Source: Blasia pusilla
Lineage: Eukaryota
Direction: 5' to 3'
NCBI GenBank assembly: GCA_050084515.1
Contig: CM114271.1
Location: forward strand, 13,826,001-13,890,000
Length of the DNA: 64,000 nt
Below, piece after piece: positions 40,201 through 51,206 of this stretch; positions within the stretch are counted from its first letter, which is position 1, and the number at the start of each line of letters is the position of its first letter. Under the pieces are notes generated by a model. That model had not been told where the DNA came from and made no database searches. It was given only the letters and a program-made list of their open reading frames with translations. The translations under genes and the position numbers were made by a program.

Positions 40201-42021
40201 TGCGTTTGTTGCTAAGCACTTATCCGCCGGCGGCTCGGAACTTAACATTAAAAAGGTTTGCTTTGATGAGGACATCAACCTTCTAAGGAGGGGTGAGTGT
40301 CGCAACCCTCATAACCAAACAACACCAAATAGGCGCCAAGCAGAACATGAGAACTCACGTGGACTCACCCTGCGATGATCGCCCTTTGGAAAGGCTTTTG
40401 GAACGTCTCTTGGAAAAGTCCAAGAGATGAAATGCGGGACAGAGTTGTGCATTTCATGCATTAGTGGTTGCAACCATGAAACCTAGACCAAACACGAGCC
40501 AAGACTTGAGATGAGTTGAGTCTTGGAAGGTTGGTTGCCAAAGAGGTGAGAACCAATTTTGGAACGCGACTAGCGTTTGGGGAATTTGAATGTGTTTTGG
40601 ACCATGAAGTTTAGCCCCAAGATTAATTTGGGACAAATAAGAGTGTGTTGGTAAGCTTATCTTGAAACGCCTCCAACGCACCAAAGATCTCAGCAAACGC
40701 ATAAGTACAGACTGAGATATTGGCCGAAAATGATTATGAGAGCAATCGAGTTGAGGGTCAATTGGTGAGGCCCGGGTGTCTTTCCCTAAATGTGGGGAAC
40801 CCTGGAGATTCCCAGAAGAACTAGTAAGGGAGGAGTGTCTCCAAGATGTCTTGGAACACAAATCCCCACTTTGAGCATCAAACGGCGTTTCACAGGCACG
40901 GGATGGAACGGGAATCTGGCGTTGGAACTCAAAACCCAAACGTGATCCAAGGGAGTGGACTTTGTACGCCACACTTGGATTCCAACCCAAGATTCACTTT
41001 GTGCGAGTCTCGGTTAGGGACTCATTGGATGTCCATTGGACAGTTGGAACCGCGAGGCGCGAAACGCCGTTTGACGTTCTTGAACCAACTAGAAAGTCTG
41101 TCCCAAGTCTTTCAAGACTTGCCTGTATTATAAACTGTGAAACTAGGAAAATTGAGCTTGATGAGAGGCCCAGATGAGAACTCAAAAAGTTAGCCCGTTG
41201 ATTGATCCAAGACTCAACTAACCAGAGTGCGTGTTTGGATGCAGACCAATATTGAGAGCGTGATCTACCGAACGCACGCTTCCGCAACAACAAAAATTAA
41301 GGTTCAAGGTGTCGTGTGAATCCACATCGTCATACAACATACATCGCTGACATACCATACTCACATACATACATAATATAGACGAGAGCATACACAAACA
41401 CAAGTGTACCACAATTGAAATCCGTGAAAGACCTACTGTCATAAAACACGTATAGAATCACATACAATCGAGCCAAACCCACTCCACGATGGGAGAATCC
41501 AGGTTGAAGCTTGCGAGAACCACCATAGCCAAGAGCTCTACTCACTACCAAGGCTAACTCCCAACGCAATAGGCTCAACTAAAAGAACTAACTGTTCTTT
41601 GAGTGCACTCCACACTATATCCCCCAACCTAAGAGCGGGCCCTAGTGGAAAAGTCACCCTCAACTGAGTAACCCCCAACCCTATGTATGAAACCGCATCT
41701 CTACCTAGACACTACGGCCCTACATAAGGTATGGCCTCTACTAGCACACTATACTCTACGACAGAATCCGTATGGTCATGACAACTGTCGTGCGAATCCA
41801 CATCATCATACAACATACATCGCTGACATAAGCATCCAAAAACACAAGTTTACCACAACTCGCCCCCTTAACTAGCGGTTAGGTCCCTCTAACTCCCAGG
41901 TAGCCATATACATCTACTACATGCTTGGATGCACGAATCAGAAGGCCGGGTGTTAGGTTGCCCCATCGTTAGTCGCACATCAGTAATCCATATCATGCAA
42001 AGATCAAGTCATCTACCTCTC

Positions 42022-43470
42022 CTAAGTACATCGAGGACAAACCCACCTTCTAGTAGAAACAACTTCCATACATGGAGTTAAACACATCATGTGCCAACCC
42101 CTAGAACACTGGTCACACACAAACATACGGGCTGCGTTACCAGCAGACCCACACAACATGCACCTCAAGCTAGCACGTATCATGGCTAAGCTTGGGTCAA
42201 CAGTACCATCCACATTTGGAAGATGACATGGCGCACAATTACGCACATGGTCCTTCCAAACAACTCCATCACGACCCTCCAACATGAGAATTCCATAATC
42301 TAACACCTCGCGCACTTGTAAAATAGTGCGGCCTGCCGTCACATCCAACGTTGTCGGTGTAATCTGATGCAAATAGACATAGTCCCCCACATGGAACCTA
42401 CAAATCAATGGTCGATAACCTCCACCTCGAATGGTTGCATACCGCAACGTATCCCTGTGTTGAGAAATGGCAAGATTCTCAAAGGCTGTTGGCATAACTC
42501 TCCGAAAAGAGCTCGCCGCACGAGAACACACTTTCATCCACATCTCTCGGGTCATCAAGGTTCACCACCTCACTAGACTCCGGACCAATTGTCTGGCGGC
42601 AAGTCCGGATCTCGCCGTATAATGTAAAAATAAGGTGAGAAGGAAGCCAAGGATGTTTGGCGACTGAACCTATACCCCATGGCTAACCATGGCAACTGAA
42701 TATCCTAGTCTCCAAGATGCCCCTTCTGTAGGCCATACTTGCGCAATGCCCTCTTCACCGTCTGAACCAAACCAAACCTCAGCCAAACCATCCGCCTCTG
42801 GATGATCTGGAGACGTGGTCTGATGATCAAACAACGCCTTGTCACACAAGACTTGAAACTATGTACCCTGGTCGGTCAGCACTTCAGCTGGTGCACCAAA
42901 ATGACTAAGCACTCTATCAAGTTACGCATACGCCGTTCCCTCACTTGCCTTGTCAGGTAATGCCACCAACTCAATCCACTTGGAGAAGTGCTCCACCATC
43001 ACCAACACATATCGATGATGTCGTACAGTCAACGGTTACGGTCCCGCAAAGTCCACACTCCAACGATAACCCAACCCCATAATAGCCAAGGGGTGTAACT
43101 GTGGTGTAGGGGCATTGAATGATACCCTCACCCAGTCACAAACCATACAATGTGACACCAACTGCTGCACCTGAGTATGCATGCCACGCCACCAATACTG
43201 ACCAAGGAGTAAGCTATACGTACGCTTTACCCCAAAATGTCCCAACTCCTCATGGGCATGTCGCACAATGCGCTCTCTCTGAGCCAAATGCGGCACTACT
43301 TGTACTCTACCATCCTCCCACACACAGAGAATATGTGTTCCCTCCAATCGATACCTCTTAGCACATTGAAGAACATGGTCTCGCTCCTTGGCACTCACTA
43401 TGCCTTGCACCCTACTGGTCCGTAGGAACTCCAACACCAAACCATCATCATGAATATCACGTTGATCCGT
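42022..43470 (-). pseudogene. Integrase (HHCC, DDE core, SH3-like C-terminus) with C-terminal PHD finger
   Basis: HAHEELGHFG...CMVC, WSVDFAGP, VEHFSKWIELVAL, VLTDQGT, FHVGDYVYL, and the C4HC3 motif CMLC...CDQC..GWHMMC...WVCPRC. Confidence 0.93.
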
Positions 43471-44744
43471 TGTCGTGTCGAGAGCCTTTCTTCGAGCAAG
43501 GGCGGGCCTTCTAGCTACGGTAGATGCGGTCGATGCAAGGTGAACTCTCTAAGAAGTTCTCCTTTTTCAATACAAAATTATGATGTACACTCTCCATTCT
43601 CTCACGAGAGGTATCACAAATGGAAGTGCTGAGGTGATCACTTCTTCGTAACATCGGATCCCAAAATTCCTAACTATAAAATCCCTATAAACTATTTTAC
43701 GCTTGTACACGAGGAAGATAGCACACCTAGTATTAAACCCTACTTGAGCAGGCCTATTGACATCCATGGGTCGCTATATAAGGACATACAAAGTACAATC
43801 CCATGTCCTTCCATACGTGACGATAGGAAGAATCATTGGAGTTGGAGATTACATGACCTGATTCATGAACGCCTCCCCAAAGTGATAAACTAAATATCGA
43901 GTGAACCAGTGTCTATCTACAAAGAGTACCTTGACATGGTATGGATTGAGGAAACGAAAGTCGGGCACAACTCGTGCTCCACCCCTATCCTTGCTTGACA
44001 GACATTCTTTTCTCTCCTCAAGAATGGATTTTGGCAGAATTATTCTCCCAAGAGGGGTAATCCACTCTCATTGGGGAAGTAACAAGCCAAAACATTCACT
44101 ATTTTAGTATGACTAAACTCCTCTGAGGTGACAAACCTCTCATCTCCCCACACACTTACACCACACTCTAGAAACCTCTCGAAGAATAGACCATGATCAA
44201 GTTACTCTCCCAAGAGGGGTGATGCACTCTCATTGGAAGAGCAAGCAATCCCAAAGCCATACACTCAAGAAAGACACGACAGACACAAGATGTGAAATAG
44301 AAGGTGATGAACCCTTGAAGGTCTCTCCTCTTTATATACTCACAAGGGATCCACAAGAGTACGAAATAGAGCTTATCTTATCTTGTGCCACATGGCTTCC
44401 TCTCAAGACTTAGCCAATCACATTTTGATACAAATAGATTTCCTCTTATCTCTTCCAAAATATCCTCTTTTACCCACTTGGTATTTTCCAAATTACCCCA
44501 ACTAACCTAGCCACCAACCAAGACTACTTTTTCTTTTCATTAAAGCAACGACTTTACTTTTATAAAGTCATCTTTTATTTATTACATCTTTTTCTAAAGT
44601 TGGGCCCGCATAAAAGAGGCACCATAAAGAGGTTTAAACATGGGGATTTCCTTTTCCTAAGCTAATTTACTTAATACTAATAAAACTCTATCTAACACTT
44701 AACGAGGAAAGAGTTTACACATTGGCTGATTTTACTATACGACA
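43471..44744 (-). mobile_element. Solo LTR-like unit, family C, inside family B pol
   Basis: TGTCGT...ACGACA termini with a perfect 4-bp TSD CCGT. Excision restores the in-frame GDGGTDQRD. Orientation is inferred. Confidence 0.92.
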
Positions 44745-44929
44745 CCGTACCACCATCTCCAACCTTAAGATCTGAAGGCTGGCCATCTACCCTATGATTG
44801 GAGTAAGATTTCATGTGGTCCTCCATACTAGAGTCCACCCCTAACCAACATAAAAAGGCGGATGCATGCCAACCTGGCACCACCTCCTCATCAACCTCGC
44901 CATGCCATCTAGCCCCAGTTGCATCCTCT

Positions 44930-46047
44930 TGGCTAGTACATGGGTTCCTACTCAACCCATTAGCATCCATGTTGGCAACTCCAGGTCTATATACCACCTG
45001 GAAGTCATACTCATGTAAGATAAGAGCCCATTGTGCAAGCTTCCCTGTAAGCTTGTCAGACTCCATCAACCACTTGAGCGGCTGGTGATCAGTAACAAGG
45101 GTAAACTGTATGCCAAACAAATAATACCCAAAGTGTGCCACAGCCCACACTACTGACAAACACTCTCCCTCATATGAACTGTAGCGCGACTCCGCTGCAT
45201 TATTCGAACGACTTGCATAGGCCATCATAAACTCCATGTGCTCATCATCATGTTGGGTCAACACCGCTCCAAGTCCCAACTTACTCCAATCAGCGTGTAA
45301 CTGAAATGGGCACCCTCTGATAGGTCTCCTCAAGATAGGGGCCGCCACCAACTGGGCCTTGAGCTCCACAAAAGCTCTCTCCTGATCATCTCCCTAGTGC
45401 CACTCCTGATCTGATTTCAACAATTGGTTCAAAGGCTTTGCCATAACACTAAATCCCTTCACATACCTCCGATAGTAGTTCGCCAATCCCATGAATGCCC
45501 GAACTCTACTCACATCTACCGAACGAGGAATAAGTGCAATAGCCTCCACCTTTGCTTGCTGAACTCCCAAACCACCTGGATAGATCACATGACCCAAGTA
45601 CTCAACATCCTCATGGAAGACCTTACACTTTCCTGGATGCAAACGTAGACCATGAGCTTTCAACCGCTCAAACACAATGTGCAAATGTATCTGATGCTCC
45701 TCCACCGTGTTACTTAACACCAAGATATCATCAATGTAATACCGAACAGAATCCAACCTTGTTAGGATCCTGTCCATCACTCTTTGAAACTCGGCAGGTG
45801 CATTCTTCAACCCAAAGGGTAAGAATTTCCACTGGTACAAACAATCCTTGCCATGAGAGTTGACACCCCAAAATGTTGTCTTGGCCTTGTCACTCTCTTG
45901 AATCGGCAACTGATGGTATCCTGCCCGAAGATCCAAAGTACTAAAAATCTTTGCCTGTCCCACCACATCAAAGATCTCCTCAGGTGTAGGCATGGCATAC
46001 CTATCAGCCTTGGTCTGCCGATTGATAGGACGGTAATCTCCACACAT
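44930..46047 (-). pseudogene. Gypsy reverse transcriptase and RNase H
   Basis: MCGDYRPIN, FSTLDLRAGYHQ, LPFGLKNAP and YIDDIL (RT). FQLHADWSKLGLGAVL, YSSYEGECL and LVTDHQPL (RNase H). Confidence 0.96.
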
Positions 46048-46489
46048 CCGCCTATTCGTATACCGGGTCCAACCAAAGCACCCAAATCCTTCATGCTAAA
46101 GGCAAAACAACTCCTATAAGCACGTAGGAACTGTGTCAAGCGTCGATTCTCACCTCCCGTAAGCTTGGGCCCAAGTAATGGCTCCCAAGTTTCCTCCACT
46201 GGCACACTAGAGAGAGAGGACGATGCCATTGGCTGCTACGCAACCCCCTCACAAGATAGTACACCCTTAGCTACACCATCACCTGAGCAAATAACTCCTC
46301 CACCATCATGAGCAACCAACTCCACATGCCCAGCCATTACATCCCATTTACTCCAAGGATGCAAAATAATACTCTCCTCGCCCCCATCCGATGCCTCTAC
46401 CGTCCCGGTAGCCATCGTGCTCATCACAAGGGGTGGAAGACCCACAAACATAGTCCGGAGTCGACGCTGCTCGGCCATACCAAGACTCA

Positions 46490-47430
46490 AAATCCAAGTC
46501 AAAAAATTCAAGTCCATGGCCTGACCCAACACATCACGTCGTGAAGCCTCAGAAATGGAAGCAACCGCTGTCACACCAGTAGCAAATCCCATCGCACGCT
46601 CTCTCTCATCAACGTTAGGCTCCACCAACTGTGGCACATGAGAATCCCATACAAGCTCGGGACCACCTTCCCTGTAGGCATGTGACAAGGGAAAACTCAA
46701 AAATGTGGGTAGTGCCATCCTAGGCTGGCCCACACGGTTCACCACTGCCATAGATGACTGATCAATAACCCTCACCACCTGAGAAAGTCGCCCAGTATCC
46801 AAGATACTATCCTTTGTAAGGCAAGGATCCGCTGCCTTTGCATCATATGCTCGACGTATAACCTCCTAGGCAACAAGTTTGTCCACCACAAGCGTGGGCG
46901 ATGTGCACGCTGAGCCAACTCACGCTGCATCCAACAACACCGCTGGTCCAATCCAAGACCGCACCTCATGAACACTCGCCATCATCCAGTTCCGAGTGTC
47001 ACCCAACAATGGAACATTCTCCAGAATGTAAGCCGGAGCACATGCCTGATGAACCTGAAGATGTCGTAACACCCGTAACATCTCCCAAAAAAATCGAGAC
47101 CTAGGATCGTGTAATCCCTCACCACGACCAGCACGTGTATGACCCTAACATGGCCGTCCAGCAATCACCAAATCCACAGGACCAACCCTCTCAAGGTCCT
47201 GCGCCCCCAACAATGCAATGTGTGACGGCAAAGCACGCTGGTACCCACGAATAGCTGATGGCGGCAACAACTCAGGATATCTCCGCATTAACTGACCAAT
47301 ATTTCGGGATGAGCCTCTCTGGGCTGTCTCATCTCGCTCCACATATACGTATCTCCGCACAGGAATAACGGTTTGCAACACTGCAGCCAAACCAGTGCTA
47401 ATCCCACCAAAGAGATCTAACACACAAATG
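46490..47430 (-). pseudogene. DNMT3-like C5 cytosine DNA methyltransferase domain in pol
   Basis: Motif I VLDLFGGIST, II YVYVERD, IV GPVDLVIAGRPC(Q>*)G, VI YILENVP, VIII LDAA*VGS/RAHRPRLWWTNL, IX ERERAMGF and X RRDVLGQAMD, in canonical order. Confidence 0.92.
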
Positions 47431-48018
47431 CCCTCCGGCGGATACTGCCATACAATAGGTGTAGTGGACTCCTACTTCTAGTGCCAACTGGACTAGAAGT
47501 AGGAGTCCGCCATGGGGCCTCCTCTTCCTCGTGAGGTATAACAGCCTCACACCAAGCCTCCTCCACTAGGCGATCAGCCTCTTGCCGTAGTGCACTGCCT
47601 GAACTCCAAAGTGGCACATCCAACAATGAGGATGCCACTACTGCAAAACTAGGGACTTCCTCTACCTCCTCATGCACAGGAGAATACATAGCATAAACAT
47701 TACTCTCCAAAAAATCTCCTCGCCAAGTGACTACTCCACTAAAACTAGCCACAGATGCTAACACCGTTGGGGAAGACCCTCCTGGTCGAGCTCCATAAAT
47801 AAATCTCACAGGAACTTGGCTCATACGTCCATCTCCGGACTGCCAACCAGGTCTATAAGACGTTGTCTCAGTCCAGTAATCCATCTGAAAACCCATATAG
47901 TAGCCAACTTCTGCTCCAACTGCTCAATCATGGCAGCCATAGCTGACTCTATCGTAGTGGTAGGGGTAGCCACCGTAGGCTCTCCAACCACTGGTCCACC
48001 TCTACCACCTCTACCACC

Positions 48019-49345
48019 TCAGCCTCTCGGAGCTACTCCACCACGGCCGCGGCTTGATCTCAACTCTGGATGAAGATCAAAGCAACGCTCTCGAGGATGA
48101 TCTGGTCTCCCGCAATGATCACACTGAGTTGGGGCCGACTGAGGCCCATCCTCCAAAGTCCGTCTCCCATCCTCTTGGGGACAAAACTTCCTAACATGAT
48201 CACCTCCACATGTCCAACATGATTGTCCTTGCTGCGGGGCAGCAAATGAAGGCAATGGTCTCTACACAAGTGTCCCTCTAGAACCTGACTGAGGTCGTGT
48301 GTACCCCCCATAACTCCCGCTACTACTACCACCACCACTACTACGAGACTGTGAGGTGGGCTGCTGAACACGAGAAGTAGTAGTTGTATCCCTACTGAAT
48401 GCAGATGTCACCACTCTCTCCTTCACAATGTTAAGCTCAATCTTCTCAGATAGAGCAAACACATGGGTCAATGTGGATGAATCATCACTCATAAGAGTAG
48501 CATCATGTACCCTGCGGCGCAACTCTCTGTCCAAGATCCCATACCAAAATTGACTGCTCGAGCCTCGATCACACCTGGGTAATCGAAATCAAGCGTCGCA
48601 TACGAGTGTATGCCTCACGAAGACTCTCACCAATCTTTCGCTCAAATTCCTGAAGACTCCTTAACTTCTCTGTCTTCACTCCCTGATAGTTCTTCTTCAA
48701 CCTCTTGAAGAACTCTGCAACCGGGCTGAACGATGGTGGGGCACTAGTACCTCCACTAGTACTCCCATTGGTACCTCCATGGGTACCTCCACTGATACCC
48801 CCGCTCCGGCTCATACTCGTACCACTCAACGTCGGGCTGGCTGGCATAGTAGGAGCACTACTACCAATACCACCATGGGTGATAGATACATAGCCTGGAG
48901 ACCAATATTGTCTCCACGCCTCAATCTCAGCAACATGGTCCTTCCTAAACTCATGGTAATCATCCATGGGTGGTCCCTCCAAGTGCTTAAACAACCCCTT
49001 CCAAGCCAGGAAGGGTGTAAACAACGTGGCGTTCCGCAACATCTCCATATCACACCACGTATCAAACTCATGCATGAAGTCCTCCAACTCAATGGTGCCC
49101 ACTGCACTCGAGTATCGACGTGGGCTCTTCATGGCCCCATATATCCCGTCCATGTCCCAAATCAATGGAGCTGCAACACTCGATAACAACGTAGAAGACT
49201 CGGTGTTTGGAACACCCTCGTCCTCCTCTTCATCAACCGTCGGAAGTGGAAAAGGTAGCCGATACCTCAATCCACTCCATGTGAAACCACCACTGTCCGC
49301 ACCACGATCCCCAACCAAACCACCAGACAACTCCGTGATGACCAA
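48019..49345 (-). pseudogene. Family B gag with two zinc knuckles (frameshifted)
   Basis: ORFs 48569-49345, 48262-48534 and 48019-48255. GESLREAYTRM, CWTCGGDHVRKFC and CDHCGRPDHPRERC. Confidence 0.88.
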
Positions 49346-51206
49346 CGCCGATGCCGTACCACCACCAAATTACCACCACTAAGTAACCAAGTGACGTTGA
49401 TGTCGCTGTACTATTCTAGCTCTACTAGCTATGAGTGTAGGCAACCTAACATGTCATCAACACAAGAAGCCTCCCACGGTCTATTGGTCATCACTCCAGC
49501 CTCACTACCGATAGCACACAGGAGTAACACTACTCTGGATATCAACGTCAACCCTAACAATGGGCGTGCAAGCAAGAAGCAACGATGGAGAGGATCCAAA
49601 CACAGGAAGTCCAACGACAACCCTCCAATCGCAAATGGAAATCAAGGTAACACAATCCACCAAACGTGGTGCCCCCTGAATCCACAGAACCCACCACACA
49701 ATTCTAACCCAATAGCTACTCCGTCGGGTCGATGATGTGCTAGTCGAACTCGCAGCACCTGAAAATATCATCTGCATGGAGAGGCTACACCGTACTATGC
49801 GCTAGAGGTCCATCAACCAAAAACTTGAGATGCATAAAGCGCCTAACACATCTCCAAACAGCACCAAATAAGCTACACCAGTGTGTACACAGGCATAGTT
49901 AAGAACTCTGCAATTAAGCGTCTTCCAGGCAGAATAGTTCAAAGATGGGTGACCAATTATGCAACACTCAAATCACAAATCCTGCAAAAACTGCCTCACG
50001 CCCAAGCAAGCAAGCTTGCTTGCTTGCTCCTTACTCCGCCTCTCACGCCCACTCGCCCTGAGCTACCACAAGTTGCCTCGAAGCCTCGAAGCCTCAAAAC
50101 GCCGAGAAATGCTCAAGACATGCCCCCTTCGCCACGCTTCTCCATGCTTCGCTATGGAGAGAGGCCCAACCAGGGCGCCCCCAACGGGATAGGCGTCTCC
50201 AACAACAGACGAGTCACCAACCAACCAGCCCCTCCGATTATTACTCCACAAATCCTCGACCAAAATTGAATCTGTTCCGACCAAAATTCAATTGACCACC
50301 ATAGTTATCTCTCCACAAAAAAATCAGCTACAACCAAGCTCTGTACTCCGAGCTAAAAATCAGACAAACTTGCTGTCCATACACCTCCAGAATCGCAAAT
50401 CCGGCAGCGCTTCCGCCCAGATTCATGCACGCAAAAATCCGCAACGCTCCACACACTCAAGCAGATAGATTCACATGAGATCACAATACAAATAGCAACA
50501 GGAACCGCTCACCCAATCTGAACTTCAACAGAGCTTCCGCACTCCAAGCTCTCCACATCAAAAAACCGTCGAACACGAACCATAATCTTCAATCCTTGAT
50601 AACTTCCAACTCCCTTGACAAAATTCGGCGATCTAAAACGCGTTGGAAAGATCTCAGCAAGGCGCTTCTTTCCCAATCAACCACGCACCAGATTCCCACC
50701 TCCAACATAGGCCACAAGCCACGAACATCCACGGCTGAGTACACAATCAGCCCTAACCAGATCCTACTGATCCACAATCGAAGCTACCATAGATCTACTC
50801 TAGTTCTTTGAGTGAAATCCATGAAAGACCTATTGTCATAAAACACGTATAGAATCACATACAATCGAGCCAAACCCACTCCACAATGGGAGAATCCAGG
50901 TCGAAGCTTGCGGGAACCACCATAGCCAAGAGCTCTACTCGCTACCAAGGCTAGTTCCCAACGCAACAAGCTCAACTAAAAGAACTAACTGTTCTTTGAG
51001 TGTTCTCCACACTATATCCCCCAACCTAAGAGCGGGCCCTACTGGAAAAGTCACCCTCAACTGAGTAACCCCCAACCCTATGTATGAAACCGCATCTCTA
51101 CCTAGACACTGCGGCCCTACATAAGGTATGGCCTCTACTAGCACACTATACTCTACGACATAATCCGTATGGTCATGACAAAGGAGAGTAGGCGCACGAC
51201 ACATAT

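Larger units (their letters stand above)
41310..51180 (-). mobile_element. Ty3/Gypsy family B element: gag - DNMT3-like MTase - RT - RNase H - integrase - PHD, with split direct repeats
   Basis: Perfect 4-bp TSD AAGG (41306-41309 / 51181-51184) and TG...CA ends. A1 51180-50813 and A2 41783-41416 are 368 bp each. B1 41858-41786, B2 about 41414-41310. Domains are listed as separate features. Confidence 0.95.
36725..51201 (+). mobile_element. Family A LTR element with gag only (non-autonomous), hosting nested insertions
   Basis: Perfect 5-bp TSD CATAT (36720-36724 / 51202-51206). 5' LTR 36725-38986 (interrupted by family C). 3' LTR 40298-41309 plus 51185-51201 (interrupted by family B). Both reconstruct to about 1029 bp. 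The internal region is only 1.3 kb. Confidence 0.93.

Noticed and set aside
40454-40990. 178-aa ORF and similar ORFs in family A LTRs
   Set aside because: Lie within LTR sequence, are broken in the sister LTR, and show no protein motifs.
48966-49735. Antisense ORFs conserved between the two family B copies (also 4978-5802)
   Set aside because: Expected from recent duplication of GC-rich gag sequence. No recognisable domain and no independent sign of selection.
50770-50790. TGGTAGC about 23 nt after A1 as a tRNA PBS
   Set aside because: Too far from the repeat end and no recognisable tRNA complement. The self-complementary site abutting A1 fits better.
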